Positions 43,701 through 59,722 of a stretch of DNA of 64,000 nucleotides are shown here, in pieces. Below the pieces are notes generated by a model. It did not search any database. It was not told where the DNA came from and was given only the letters and a program-made list of their open reading frames with translations. Both the position numbers and the translations under genes were made by a program. Numbering within the stretch: position 1 is the stretch's first letter; each line of letters starts with the position of its first letter. The stretch comes from Eledone cirrhosa (taxonomy: Eukaryota), in the NCBI GenBank assembly GCA_964016885.1, contig OZ024744.1, positions 124,248,001-124,312,000 of the forward strand, written 5' to 3'.

Positions 43701-44690
43701 CTGTAATAACTTGTCCAAGCAATGACAGGTAGGACAATAGTCTGTAATAACTTGTCCAACACATGACAGGTAGGACAATAGTCTGTAATAACTTGTCCAT
43801 CCCATGACAGGTAGGACAATAGTCTGTAATAACTTGTCCAACCCATGACAGCTAGGACAATACTCTGTAATAACTTGCCCAACCCATGTATGTAGGATAA
43901 TAGTCTGTAATAACTTGTCCAACCCATGTATGTAGGACAATAGTCTGTAATAATAATTTGTCCAACCCATGTATGTAGGACAATAGTCTGTAATAACTTG
44001 TCCAACCCATGAAAGGTAGGTCAATAGTCTGTAATAACTTGTCCAACCCATGTATGTAGGACAATATTCTGTAATAACTTGTCCAACCCATGACATGTAG
44101 GACAATAGTCTGTAATAACTTGTCCAACCCATGACAGGTAGGACAATAGTCGGTAATACCTTGTCCAACCAATGACAGGTAGGAGAACAGTCTGTAATAA
44201 CTTCTCCAACCCATTACAGGTAGGACAATAGTCTGTAATACCTTGTCCAACCAATGACAGGTAGGACAATAGTCTGTAATAACTTGTCCAACCCATGTAT
44301 GTAGGAAAATAGTCTGTAATAACTTGTCCAAACCATGACAGGTAGGACAATAGTCTGTAATAACTTGTCCAACCCATGACAGGTAGGACAATAGTCTGTA
44401 ATAACTTGTCCAACCCATAACAGGTAGGACAATAGTCTGTAATAACTTGTCCAACCCATGACAGCTAGGACAATAGTCTTTAATAACTTGTCCAACCCAT
44501 GACAGGTAGGGCAATAGTCTGTAATAACTTGTCCAACCCATGACAGGTAGGACAATAGTCTGTAATAACTTGTCCAACCCATGTATGTAGGACAATAGTC
44601 TGTAATAACTTGTCCAACCCATGACAGGTAGGACAATAGTCTGTAATAACTTTTCTAACCCATGTATGTAGGACAATAGTCTGTAATAAC
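40790..44690 (+). repeat. Block duplication, offset 3043 bp (~40.8-41.65 kb vs ~43.8-44.7 kb); third copy at +6740 from the second (~50.6-51.4 kb)
   Basis: ORF starts 40809/43852/50592, 40978/44021/50761, 41171/44214/50954; shared GGAAAATAG and CCCATAACAG variants. Confidence 0.8.
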
Positions 44691-47600
44691 TTGTCCAACC
44701 CATGACATGTAGGACAATAGTCTGTAATAACTTGTCCATCCCATGACAGGTAGGACAATAGTCTGTAATAACTTGTCCAACCCATGACAGCTAGGACAAT
44801 AGTCTGTAATAACTTGTCGAACCCATGTATGTAGGACAATAGTCTGTAATAAATTGTCCAACCCATGACAGGTAGGACAATAGTCTGTAATAACTTGTCC
44901 AACCCATGACAGGTAGGACAATAGTCTGTAATAATTTGTCCAACCCATGTATGTAGGACAATAGTCTGTAATAACTTGTCCAACCCATGAAAGGTAGGTC
45001 AATAGTCTGTAATAACTTGTCCAACCCATGTATGTAAGACAATAGTCTGTAATAACTTGTCCAACCCATGTATGTAGGACAATAGTCTGTAATAACTTGT
45101 CCAACCCATGCATGTAGGACAATAGTCTGTAATAACTTGTCCAACCCATGTATGTAGGACAATAGTCTGTAATAACTTGTCCAACCCATGACAGGTAGGA
45201 CAATAGTCTGTAATAACTTGTCCATCCCATGACAGGTAGGACAATAGTCTGTAATAACTTGTCCAACCCATGACAGCTAGGACAATAGTCTGTAATAACT
45301 TGTCCAACCCATGTATGTAGGACAATAGTCTGTAATAACTTGTCCAACCCATGACAGGTAGGACAATAGTCTGTAATAACTTTTCTAACCCATGTATGTA
45401 GGACAATAGTCTGTAATAACTTGTCCAACCCATGTATGTAAGACAATAGTCTGTAATAACTTGTCCAACCCATGTATGTCGGACAATAGTCTGTAATAAC
45501 TTGTCTAACCCATGTATGTAGGACAATAGTCTGTAATAACTTGTCCAACCCATGCATGTAGGACAATAGTCTGTAATAACTTGTCCAACCCATGTATGTA
45601 GGACAATAGTCTGTAATAACTTGTCCAACCCATGACAGGTAGGACAATAGTCTGTAATAACTTGTCCAGCCCATGCCAGTTAGGACAAAGTCTGTAATAA
45701 CTTGTCCAACCCATGACAGGTAGGGCAATAGTCTGTAATAACTTGTCCAACCCATGACAGGTAGGACAATAGTCTGTAATAACTTGTCCAACCCATGACA
45801 GGTAGGGCAATAGTCTGTAATAACTTGTCCAACCCATGTATGCAGGACAATAGTCTGTAATAACTTGTCCATCCCATGACAGGTAGGACAATAGTCTGTA
45901 ATAACTTGTCCAACCCATGCATGTAGGACAATAGTCTGTAATAACTTGTCCAACCCATGTATGTAGGACAATAGTCTGTAATAACTTGTCCAACCCATGA
46001 CATGTAGGACAATAGTCTGTAATAACTTGTCCATCCCGTGACAGGTAGGACAATAGTCTGTAATAACTTGTCCAACCCATGACAGCTAGGACAATAGTCT
46101 GTAATAACTTGTCGAACCCATGTATGTAGGACAATAGTCTGTAATAAATTGTCCAACCCATGACAGGTAGGACAATAGTCTGTAATAACTTGTCCAACCC
46201 ATGACAGGTAGGACAATAGTCTGTAATAATTTGTCCAACCCATGTATGTAGGACAATAGTCTGTAATAACTTGTCCAACCCATGAAAGGTAGGTCAATAG
46301 TCTGTAATAACTTGTCCAACCCATGTATGTAGGACAATAGTCTGTAATAACTTGTCCAACCCATGTATGTAGGACAATAGTCTGTAATAACTTGTCCAAC
46401 CCATGTATGTAGGACAATAGTCTGTAATAACTTGTCCAAACCATGACAGGTAGGACAATAGTCTGTAATAACTTGTCCAACCCATGACAGGTAGGTCAAT
46501 AGTCTGAAATAACTTGTCCAACCCATGACAGGTAAGACAATATTCTGTAATAACTTGTCCAACCCATGTATGTAAGACAATAGTGTGTAATAACTTGTCC
46601 AACCCAATTCAGGTAGGACAATAGTCTAATAACTTGTCCAACTAATGACAGGTAGGACAATAGTCTGTAATAACTTGTCCAACCCATGTATTTAGGACAA
46701 TAGTCTGTAATAACTTGTCCAAGCCATGACAGGTAGGACAATAGTCTGTAATAACTTGTCCAACACATGACAGGTAGGACAATAGTCTGTAATAACTTGT
46801 CCATCCCATGACAGGTAGGACAATAGTCTGTAATAACTTGTCCAACCCATGACAGCTAGGACAATACTCTGTAATAACTTGCCCAACCCATGTATGTAGG
46901 ATAATAGTCTGTAATAACTTGTCCAACCCATGTATGTAGGACAATAGTCTGTAATAATAATTTGTCCAACCCATGTATGTAGGACAATAGTCTGTAATAA
47001 CTTGTCCAACCCATGAAAGGTAGGTCAATAGTCTGTAATAACTTGTCCAACCCATGCTATGTAGGACAATATTCTGTAATAACTTGTCCAACCCATGACA
47101 TGTAGGACAATAGTCTGTAATAACTTGTCCAACCAATGACAGGTAGGAGAACAGTCTGTAATAACTTCTCCAACCCATTACAGGTAGGACAATAGTCTGT
47201 AATACCTTGTCCAACCAATGACAGGTAGGACAATAGTTCTTAATAACTTGTCCAACCCATGTATGTAGGACAATAGTCTGTAATAACTTGTCCAAACAAT
47301 GACAGGTAGGACAATAGTCTGTAATAACTTGTCCAACCCATGACAGGTAGGACAATAGTCTGTAATAACTTGTCCAACCCATGACAGGTAGGACAATAGT
47401 CTGTAATAACTTGTCCAACCCATGACAGCTAGGACAATAGTCTTTAATAACTTGTCCAACCCATGACAGGTAGGGCAATAGTCTGTAATAACTTGTCCAA
47501 CCCATGACAGGTAGGACAATAGTCTGTAATAACTTGTCCAACCCATGTATGTAGGACAATAGTCTGTAATAACTTGTCCAACCCATGACAGGTAGGACAA

Positions 47601-48949
47601 TAGTCTGTAATAACTTGTCTAACCCATGTATGTAGGACAATAGTCTGTAATAACTTGTCCAACCCATGTATGTAGGACAATAGTCTGTAATAACTTGTCC
47701 AACCCATGTATGTCGGACAATAGTCTGTAATAACTTGTCCAACCCATGTATGTAGGACAATAGTCTATAATAACTTGTCCAACCCATGTATGTAGGACAA
47801 TTGTCTGTAATAACTTGTCCAACCCATGACAGGTAGGACAATAGTCTGTAATACCTCGTCCAACCCATGACAGGTAGGACAATAGTCTGTAATAACTTGT
47901 CCAACCCATGACAGGTAGGACAATAGTCTGTAATAACTTGTCCAACCCATGACAGGTAAGACAATAGTCTGTAATAACTTGTCCAACCCATGACAGGTAG
48001 GACAATAGTCTGTAATAACTTGTCCAACCCATGTATGTAGGACAATAGTCTGTAATAACTTGTCCAACCCATGACAGGTAGGACAATAGTCTGTAATAAC
48101 TTGTCCAACCCATGACTGGTAGGGCAATAGTCTGTAATAACTTGTCCAACCCATGTATGTAGGACAATAGTCTGTAATAACTTGTCCAACCCATGACAGG
48201 TAGGACAATAGTCTGTAATAACTTGTCCAGCCCATGCCAGGTAGGACAAAGTCTGTAATAACTTGTCCAACCCATGACAGGTAGGGCAATAGTCTGTAAT
48301 AACTTGTCCAACCCATGACAGGTAGGACAATAGTCTGTAATAACTTGTCCAACCCATGACAGGTAGGGCAATAGTCTGTAATAACTTGTCCAACCCATGT
48401 ATGCAGGACAATAGTCTGTAATAACTTGTCCATCCCATGACAGGTAGGACAATAGTCTGTAATAACTTGTCCAACCCATGCATGTAGGACAATAGTCTGT
48501 AATAACTTGTCCAACCCATGTATGTAGGACAATAGTCTGTAATAACTTGTCCAACCCATGACATGTAGGACAATAGTCTGTAATAACTTGTCCATCCCAT
48601 GACAGGTAGGACAATAGTCTGTAATAACTTGTCCAACCCATGACAGCTAGGACAATAGTCTGTAATAACTTGTCGAACCCATGTATGTAGGACAATAGTC
48701 TGTAATAAATTGTCCAACCCATGACAGGTAGGACAATAGTCTGTAATAACTTGTCCAACCCATGACAGGTAGGACAATAGTCTGTAATAATTTGTCCAAC
48801 CCATGTATGTAGGACAATAGTCTGTAATAACTTGTCCAACCCATGAAAGGTAGGTCAATAGTCTGTAATAACTTGTCCAACCCATGTATGTAGGACAATA
48901 GTCTGTAATAACTTGTCCAACCCATGTATGTAGGACAATAGTCTGTAAT

Positions 48950-50530
48950 AACTTGTCCAACCCATGCATGTAGGACAATAGTCTGTAATAACTTGTCCAA
49001 CCCATGTATGTAGGACAATAGTCTGTAATAACTTGTCCAACCCATGACAGGTAGGACAATAGTCTGTAATAACTTGTCCATCCCATGACAGGTAGGACAA
49101 TAGTCTGTAATAACTTGTCCAACCCATGACAGCTAGGACAATAGTCTGTAATAACTTGTCGAACCCATGTATGTAGGACAATAGTCTGTAATAAATTGTC
49201 CAACCCATGACAGGTAGGACAATAGTCTGTAATAACTTGTCCAACCCATGACAGGTAGGACAATAATCTGTTATAACTTGTCTAACCCATGACAGGTAGG
49301 ACAATAGTCTGTAATAATTTGTCCAACCCATGTATGTAGGACAATAGTCTGTAATAACTTGTCCAACCCATGAAAGGTAGGTCAATAGTCTGTAATAACT
49401 TGTCCAACCCATGTATGTAGGACAATAGTCTGTAATAACTTGTCCAACCCATGTATGTAGGACAATAGTCTGTAATAACTTGTCCAACCCATGTATGTAG
49501 GACAATAGTCTGTAATAACTTGTCCAAACCATGACAGGTAGGACAATAGTCTGTAATAACTTGTCCAACCCATGACAGGTAGGTCAATAGTCTGTAATAA
49601 CTTGTCCAACCCATGACAGGTAGGACAATAGTCTGTAATAACTTGTCCAACCCATGACAGGTAAGACAATATTCTGTAATAACTTGTCCAACCCATGTAT
49701 GTAAGACAATAGTGTGTAATAACTTCTCCAACCCAATTCAGGTAGGACAATAGTCTAATAACTTGTCCAACTCATGACAGGTAGGACAATAGTCTGTAAT
49801 AACTTGTCCAACCCATGTATTTAGGACAATAGTCTGTAATAACTTGTCCAAGCCATGACAGGTAGGACAATAGTCTGTAATAACTTGTCCAACCCATGAC
49901 AGGTAGGACAATAATCTGTTATAACTTGTCTAACCCATGACAGGTAGGACAATAGTCTGTAATAATTTGTCCAACCCATGTATGTAGGACAATAGTCTGT
50001 AATAACTTGTCCAACCCATGAAAGGTAGGTCAATAGTCTGTAATAACTTGTCCAACCCATGTATGTAGGACAATAGTCTGTAATAACTTGTCCAACCCAT
50101 GTATGTAGGACAATAGTCTGTAATAACTTGTCCAACCCATGTATGTAGGACAATAGTCTGTAATAACTTGTCCAACCCATGACAGGTAGGTCAATAGTCT
50201 GAAATAACTTGTCCAACCCATGACAGGTAGGACAATAGTCTGTAATAACTTGTCCAACCCATGACAGGTAAGACAATATTCTGTAATAACTTGTCCAACC
50301 CATGTATGTAAGACAATAGTGTGTAATAACTTGTCCAACCCAATTCAGGTAGGACAATAGTCTAATAACTTGTCCAACTCATGACAGGTAGGACAATAGT
50401 CTGTAATAACTTGTCCAACCCATGTATTTAGGACAATAGTCTGTAATAACTTGTCCAAGCAATGACAGGTAGGACAATAGTCTGTAATAACTTGTCCAAC
50501 ACATGACAGGTAGGACAATAGTCTCTAATA
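48950..50530 (+). repeat. Direct copy of ~38.96-40.55 kb (offset 9984 bp), containing a 607-bp 15-mer derivative of the 648-bp unit
   Basis: ORF offsets 39298/49282, 39837/49821, 40046/50030; landmark spacings 39754-40361 and 49738-50345 are both 607. Confidence 0.8.
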
Positions 50531-53500
50531 ACTTGTCCATCCCATGACAGGTAGGACAATAGTCTGTAATAACTTGTCCAACCCATGACAGCTAGGACAA
50601 TACTCTGTAATAACTTGCCCAACCCATGTATGTAGGATAATAGTCTGTAATAACTTGTCCAACCCATGTATGTAGGACAATAGTCTGTAATAATAATTTG
50701 TCCAACCCATGTATGTAGGACAATAGTCTGTAATAACTTGTCCAACCCATGAAAGGTAGGTCAATAGTCTGTAATAACTTGTCCAACCCATGTATGTAGG
50801 ACAATATTCTGTAATAACTTGTCCAACCCATGACATGTAGGACAATAGTCTGTAATAACTTGTCCAACCCATGACAGGTAGGACAATAGTCGGTAATACC
50901 TTGTCCAACCAATGACAGGTAGGAGAACAGTCTGTAATAACTTCTCCAACCCATTACAGGTAGGACAATAGTCTGTAATACCTTGTCCAACCAATGACAG
51001 GTAGGACAATAGTCTGTAATAACTTGTCCAACCCATGTATGTAGGAAAATAGTCTGTAATAACTTGTCCAAACCATGACAGGTAGGACAATAGTCTGTAA
51101 TAACTTGTCCAACCCATGACAGGTAGGACAATAGTCTGTAATAACTTGTCCAACCCATAACAGGTAGGACAATAGTCTGTAATAACTTGTCCAACCCATG
51201 ACAGCTAGGACAATAGTCTTTAATAACTTGTCCAACCCATGACAGGTAGGGCAATAGTCTGTAATAACTTGTCCAACCCATGACAGGTAGGACAATAGTC
51301 TGTAATAACTTGTCCAACCCATGTATGTAGGACAATAGTCTTTAATAACTTGTCCAACCCATGACAGGTAGGACAATAGTCTGTAATAACTTTTCTAACC
51401 CATGTATGTAGGACAATAGTCTGTAATAACTTGTCCAACCCATGTATGTAGGACAATAGTCTGTAATAACTTGTCCAACCCATGTATGTCGGACAATAGT
51501 CTGTAATAACTTGTCTAACCCATGTATGTAGGACAATAGTCTGTAATAACTTGTCCAACCCATGCATGTAGGACAATAGTCTGTAATAACTTGTCCAACC
51601 CATGTATGTAGGACAATAGTCTGTAATAACTTGTCCAACCCATGACAGGTAGGACAATAGTCTGTAATAACTTGTCCAGCCCATGCCAGTTAGGACAAAG
51701 TCTGTAATAACTTGTCCAACCCATGACAGGTAGGGCAATAGTCTGTAATAACTTGTCCATCCCATGACAGGTAGGACAATAGTCTGTAATAACTTGTCCA
51801 ACCCATGACAGCTAGGACAATAGTCTGTAATAACTTGTCCAACCCATGTATGTAGGACAATAGTCTGTAATAACTTGTCCAACCCATGAAAGGTAGGTCA
51901 ATAGTCTGTAATAACTTGTCCAACCCATGTATGTAGGACAATAGTCTGTAATAACTTGTCCAACCCATGTATGTAGGACAATAGTCTGTAATAACTTGTC
52001 CAACCCATGTATGTAGGACAATAGTCTGTAATAACTTGTCCAAACCATGACAGGTAGGACAATAGTCTGTAATAACTTGTCCAACCCATGACAGGTAGGT
52101 CAATAGTCTGTAATAACTTGTCCAACCCATGACAGGTAGGACAATAGTCGGTAATAACTTGTCCAACCCATGACAGGTAAGACAATATTCTGTAATAACT
52201 TGTCCAACCCATGTATGTAAGACAATAGTGTGTAATAACTTGTCCAACCCAATTCAGGTAGGACAATAGTCTAATAACTTGTCCAACTCATGACAGGTAG
52301 GACAATAGTCTGTAATAACTTGTCCAACCCATGTATTTAGGACAATAGTCTGTAATAACTTGTCCAAGCCATGACAGGTAGGACAATAGTCTGTAATAAC
52401 TTGTCCAACCCATGACAGGTAGGACAATAATCTGTTATAACTTGTCTAACCCATGACAGGTAGGACAATAGTCTGTAATAATTTGTCCAACCCATGTATG
52501 TAGGACAATAGTCTGTAATAACTTGTCCAACCCATGAAAGGTAGGTCAATAGTCTGTAATAACTTGTCCAACCCATGTATGTAGGACAATAGTCTGTAAT
52601 AACTTGTCCAACCCATGTATGTAGGACAATAGTCTGTAATAACTTGTCCAACCCATGTATGTAGGACAATAGTCTGTAATAACTTGTCCAAACCATGACA
52701 GGTAGGACAATAGTCTGTAATAACTTGTCCAACCCATGACAGGTAGGTCAATAGTCTGAAATAACTTGTCCAACCCATGACAGGTAGGACAATAGTCTGT
52801 AATAACTTGTCCAACCCATGACAGGTAAGACAATATTCTGTAATAACTTGTCCAACCCATGTATGTAAGACAATAGTGTGTAATAACTTGTCCAACCCAA
52901 TTCAGGTAGGACAATAGTCTAATAACTTGTCCAACTAATGATAGGTAGGACAATAGTCTGTAATAACTTGTCCAACCCATGTATTTAGGACAATAGTCTG
53001 TAATAACTTGTCCAAGCCATGACAGGTAGGACAATAGTCTGTAATAACTTGTCCAACACATGACAGGTAGGACAATAGTCTGTAATAACTTGTCCATCCC
53101 ATGACAGGTAGGACAATAGTCTGTAATAACTTGGCCAACCCATGACAGCTAGGACAATACTCTGTAATAACTTGCCCAACCCATGTATGTAGGATAATAG
53201 TCTGTAATAACTTGTCCAACCCATGTATGTAGGACAATAGTCTGTAATAATAATTTGTCCAACCCGTGTATGTAGGACAATAGTCTGTAATAACTTGTCC
53301 AACCCATGAAAGGTAGGTCAATAGTCTGTAATAACTTGTCCAACCCATGCTATGTAGGACAATATTCTGTAATAACTTGTCCAACCCATGACATGTAGGA
53401 CAATAGTCTGTAATAACTTGTCCAACCAATGACAGGTAGGAGAACAGTCTGTAATAACTTCTCCAACCCATTACAGGTAGGACAATAGTCTGTAATACCT

Positions 53501-56500
53501 TGTCCAACCAATGACAGGTAGGACAATAGTTCTTAATAACTTGTCCAACCCATGTATGTAGGACAATAGTCTGTAATAACTTGTCCAAACAATGACAGGT
53601 AGGACAATAGTCTGTAATAACTTGTCCAACCCATGACAGGTAGGACAATAGTCTGTAATAACTTGTCCAACCCATGACAGGTAGGACAATAGTCTGTAAT
53701 AACTTGTCCAACCCATGACAGCTAGGACAATAGTCTTTAATAACTTGTCCAACCCATGACAGGTAGGGCAATAGTCTGTAATAACTTGTCCAACCCATGA
53801 CAGGTAGGACAATAGTCTGTAATAACTTGTCCAACCCATGTATGTAGGACAATAGTCTGTAATAACTTGTCCAACCCATGACAGGTAGGACAATAGTCTG
53901 TAATAACTTGTCTAACCCATGTATGTAGGACAATAGTCTGTAATAACTTGTCCAACCCATGTATGTAGGACAATAGTCTGTAATAACTTGTCCAACCCAT
54001 GTATGTCGGACAATAGTCTGTAATAACTTGTCTAACCCATGTATGTAGGACAATAGTCTGTAATAACTTGTCCAACCCATGTATGTAGGACAATAGTCTA
54101 TAATAACTTGTCCAACCCATGTATGTAGGACAATTGTCTGTAATAACTTGTCCAACCCATGACAGGTAGGGCAATAGTCTGTAATACCTCGTCCAACCCA
54201 TGACAGGTAGGACAATAGTCTGTAATAACTTGTCCAACCCATGACAGGTAGGACAATAGTCTGTAATAACTTGTCCAACCCATGACAGGTAAGACAATAG
54301 TCTGTAATAACTTGTCCAACCCATGACAGGTAGGACAATAGTCTGTAATAACTTGTCCAACCCATGTATGTAGGACAATAGTCTGTAATAACTTGTCCAA
54401 CCCATGACAGGTAGGACAATAGTCTGTAATAACTTGTCCAACCCATGACTGGTAGGGCAATAGTCTGTAATAACTTGTCCAACCCATGTATGTAGGACAA
54501 TAGTCTGTAATAACTTGTCCAACCCATGACAGGTAGGACAATAGTCTGTAATAACTTGTCCAGCCCATGCCAGGTAGGACAAAGTCTGTAATAACTTGTC
54601 CAACCCATGACAGGTAGGGCAATAGTCTGTAATAACTTGTCCAACCCATGACAGGTAGGACAATAGTCTGTAATAACTTGTCCAACCCATGACAGGTAGG
54701 GCAAAATCTGTAATAACTTGTCCAACCCATGTATGCAGGACAATAGTCTGTAATAACTTGTCCATCCCATGACAGGTAGGACAATAGTCTGTAATAACTT
54801 GTCCAACCCATGCATGTAGGACAATAGTCTGTAATAACTTGTCCAACCCATGTATGTAGGACAATAGTCTGTAATAACTTGTCCAACCCATGACAGGTAG
54901 GACAATAGTCTGTAATAACTTGTCCATCCCATGACAGGTAGGACTATAGTCTGTAATAACTTGTCCAACCCATGACAGCTAGGACAATAGTCTGTCATAA
55001 CTTGTCGAACCCATGTATGTAGGACAATAGTCTGTAATAAATTGTCCAACCCATGACAGGTAGGACAATAGTCTGTAATAACTTGTCCAACCCATGACAG
55101 GTAGGACAATAATCTGTTATAACTTGTCTAACCCATGACAGGTAGGACAATAGTCTGTAATAATTTGTCCAACCCATGTATGTAGGACAATAGTCTGTAA
55201 TAACTTGTCCAACCCATGAAAGGTAGGTTAATAGTCTGTAATAACTTGTCCAACCCATGTATGTAGGACAATAGTCTGTAATAACTTGTCCAACCCATGT
55301 ATGTAGGACAATAGTCTGTAATAACTTGTCCAACCCATGTATGTAGGACAATAGTCTGTAATAACTTGTCCAAACCATGACAGGTAGGACAATAGTCTGT
55401 AATAACTTGTCCAACCCATGACAGGTAGGTCAATAGTCTGTAATAACTTGTCCAACCCATGACAGGTAGGACAATAGTCTGTAATAACTTGTCCAACCCA
55501 TGACAGGTAAGACAATATTCTGTAATAACTTGTCCAACCCATGTATGTAAGACAATAGTGTGTAATAACTTGTCCAACCCATCTATGTAGGACAATAGTC
55601 TGTAATAACTCGTCCAACTCATGACAGGTAGGACAATAGTCTGTAATAACTTGTCCAACCCATGTATTTAGGACAATAGTCTGTAATAACTTGTCCAAGC
55701 CATGACAGGTAGGACAATAGTCTGTAATAACTTGTCCAACACATGACAGGTAGGACAATAGTCTGTAATAACTTGTCCATCCCATGACAGGTAGGACAAT
55801 AGTCTGTAATAACTTGTCCAACCCATGACAGCTAGGACAATACTCTGTAATAACTTGCCCAACCCATGTATGTAGGATAATAGTCTGTAATAACTTGTCC
55901 AACCCATGTATGTAGGACAATAGTCTGTAATAATAATTTGTCCAACCCATGTATGTAGGACAATAGTCTGTAATAACTTGTCCAACCCATGAAAGGTAGG
56001 ACAATAGTCTGTAATAACTTGTCCAACCCATGTATGTAGGACAATATTCTGTAATAACTTGTCCAACCCATGACATGTAGGACAATAGTCTGTAATAACT
56101 TGTCCAACCCATGACAGGTAGGACAATAGTCGGTAATACCTTGTCCAACCAATGACAGGTAGGAGAACAGTCTGTAATAACTTCTCCAACCCATTACAGG
56201 TAGGACAATAGTCTGTAATACCTTGTCCAACCAATGACAGGTAGGACAATAGTCTGTAATAACTTGTCCAACCCATGTATGTAGGACAATAGTCTGTAAT
56301 AACTTGTCCAAACCATGACAGGTAGGACAATAGTCTGTAATAACTTGTCCAACCCATGACAGGTAGGACAATAGTCTGTAATAACTTGTCCAACCCATGT
56401 ATGTAGGACAATAGTCTGTAATAACTTGCCCAACCCATGACAGGTAGGACAATAGTGTGTAATAACTTGTCCAACCCATGACAGGTAGGACAATAGTCTG

Positions 56501-58109
56501 TAATAACTTGTCCAACCCATGACAGGTAGGACAATAGTCTGTAATAACTTGTCCAACCCATGACAGGTAGGGCAATAGTCTGTAATAACTTGTCCAACCC
56601 ATGTATGTAGGACAATAGTCTGTAATAACTTGTCCAACCCATGACAGGTAGGACAATAGTCTGTAATAACTTGTCCAACCCATGTATGCAGGACAATAGT
56701 CTGTAATAACTTATCCAACCCATGACAGGTAGGACAATAGTCTGTAATAACTTGTCCAACCCATGAGAGGTAGGGCAATAGTCTGTAATAACTTGTCCAA
56801 CCCATGTATGCAGGACAATAGTCTGTAATAACTTGTCCAACCCATGACAGGTAGGACAATAGTCTGTAATAACTTGTCCAACCCATGTATGTAGGACAAT
56901 AGTCTGTAATAACTTGTCCAACACATGTATGTAGGACAATAGTCTGTAATAACTTGTCCAACCCATGACAGATAGGACAATAGTCTGTAATAACTTGTCC
57001 AACCCATGACAGATAGGACAATAGTCTGTAATAACTTGTCCAACCCATGCCAGGTAGGACAATAGTCTGTAATAACTTGTCCAACCCATGACAGGTAGGA
57101 CAATAGTCTGTAATAACTTGTCCAACCCATGACAGCTAGGACAATAGTCTGTAATAACTTGTCCAACCCATGACAGGTAGGGCAATAGTCTGTAATAACT
57201 TGTCCAACCCATGACAGGTAGGACAATAGTCTGTAATAACTTGTCCAACCCATGTATGTAGGACAATAGTCTGTAATAACTTGTCCAACCCATGACAGAT
57301 AGGACAATAGTCTGTAATAACTTGTCTAACCCATGTATGTAGGACAATAGTCTGTAATAACTTGTCCAACCCATGTATGTAGGACAATAGTCTGTAATAA
57401 CTTGTCCAACCCATGTATGTCGGACAATAGTCTGTAATAACTTGTCTAACCCATGTATGTAGGACAATAGTCTGTAATAACTTGTCCAACCCATGTATGT
57501 AGGACAATAGTCTATAATAACTTGTCCAACCCATGTATGTAGGACAATTGTCTGTAATAACTTGTCCAACCCATGACAGGTAGGACAATAGTCTGTAATA
57601 CCTCGTCCAACCCATGACAGGTAGGACAATAGTCTGTAATAACTTGTCCAACCCATGACAGGTAAGACAATAGTCTGTAATAACTTGTCCAACCCATGAC
57701 AGGTAAGGCAATAGTCTGTAATAACTTGTCCAACCCATGTATGTAGGACAATAGTCTGTAATAACTTGTCCAACCCATGACAGGTAGGACAATAGTCTGT
57801 AATAACTTGTCCAGCCCATGCCAGGTAGGACAAAGTCTGTAATAACTTGTCCAACCCATGACAGGTAGGGCAATAGTCTGTAATAACTTGTCCAACCCAT
57901 GACAGGTAGGACAATAGTGTGTAATAACTTGTCCAACCCATGACAGGTAGGGCAATAGTCTGTAATAACTTGTCCAACCCATGTATGCAGGACAATAGTC
58001 TGTAATAACTTGTCCATCCCATGACAGGTAGGACAATAGTCTGTAATAACTTGTCCAACCCATGCATGTAGGACAATAGTCTGTAATAACTTGTCCAACC
58101 CATGTATGT

Positions 58110-59722
58110 AGGACAATAGTCTGTAATAACTTGTCCAACCTATGACAGGTAGGAACATAGTCTGTAATAACTTGTCCATCCCATGACAGGTAGGACAATA
58201 GTCTGTAATAACTTGTCCAACCCATGACAGCTAGGACAATAGTCTGTAATAACTTGTCGAACCCATGTATGTAGGACAATAGTCTGTAATAAATTGTCCA
58301 ACCCATGACAGGTAGGACAATAGTCTGTAATAACTTGTCCAACCCATGACAGGTAGGACAATAATCTGTAATAACTTGTCTAACCCATGACAGGTAGGAC
58401 AATAGTCTGTAATAACTTGTCCAACCCATGAAAGGTAGGTCAATAGTCTGTAATAACTTGTCCAACCCATGTATGTAGGACAATAGTCTGTAATAACTTG
58501 TCCAACCCATGTATGTAGGACAATAGTCTGTAATAACTTGTCCAAACCATGACAGGTAGGACAATAGTCTGTAATAACTTGTCCAACCCATGACAGGTAG
58601 GACAATAGTCTGTAATAACTTGTCCAACCCATGACAGGTAGGACAATAGTCTGTAATAACTTGTCCAACCCATGACAGGTAAGACAATATTCTGTAATAA
58701 CTTGTCCAACCCATGTATGTAAGACAATAGTGTGTAATAACTTGTCCAACCCAATTCAGGTAGGACAATAGTCTAATAACTTGTCCAACTCATGACAGGT
58801 AGGACAATAGTCTGTAATAACTTGTCCAACCCATGTATTTAGGACAATAGTCTGTAATAACTTGTCCAAGCCATGACAGGTAGGACAATAGTCTGTAATA
58901 ACTTGTCCAACCCATGTATGTAGGACAATAGTCTGTAATAACTTGTCCAACCTATGACAGGTAGGAACATAGTCTGTAATAACTTGTCCATCCCATGACA
59001 GGTAGGACAATAGTCTGTAATAACTTGTCCAACCCATGACAGCTAGGACAATAGTCTGTAATAACTTGTCGAACCCATGTATGTAGGACAATAGTCTGTA
59101 ATAAATTGTCCAACCCATGACAGGTAGGACAATAGTCTGTAATAACTTGTCCAACCCATGACAGGTAGGACAATAATCTGTAATAACTTGTCTAACCCAT
59201 GACAGGTAGGACAATAGTCTGTAATAACTTGTCCAACCCATGAAAGGTAGGTCAATAGTCTGTAATAACTTGTCCAACCCATGTATGTAGGACAATAGTC
59301 TGTAATAACTTGTCCAACCCATGTATGTAGGACAATAGTCTGTAATAACTTGTCCAAACCATGACAGGTAGGACAATAGTCTGTAATAACTTGTCCAACC
59401 CATGACAGGTAGGACAATAGTCTGTAATAACTTGTCCAACCCATGACAGGTAGGACAATAGTCTGTAATAACTTGTCCAACCCATGACAGGTAAGACAAT
59501 ATTCTGTAATAACTTGTCCAACCCATGTATGTAAGACAATAGTGTGTAATAACTTGTCCAACCCAATTCAGGTAGGACAATAGTCTAATAACTTGTCCAA
59601 CTCATGACAGGTAGGACAATAGTCTGTAATAACTTGTCCAACCCATGTATTTAGGACAATAGTCTGTAATAACTTGTCCAAGCCATGACAGGTAGGACAA
59701 TAGTCTGTAATAACTTGTCCAA
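58110..59722 (+). repeat. Local tandem duplication of 812 bp (20 monomers)
   Basis: The private variant CCTATGACAGGTAGGAACATAG occurs at ~58139 and ~58951; ORF offsets 58140/58952, 58440/59252, 58756/59568. Confidence 0.85.
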
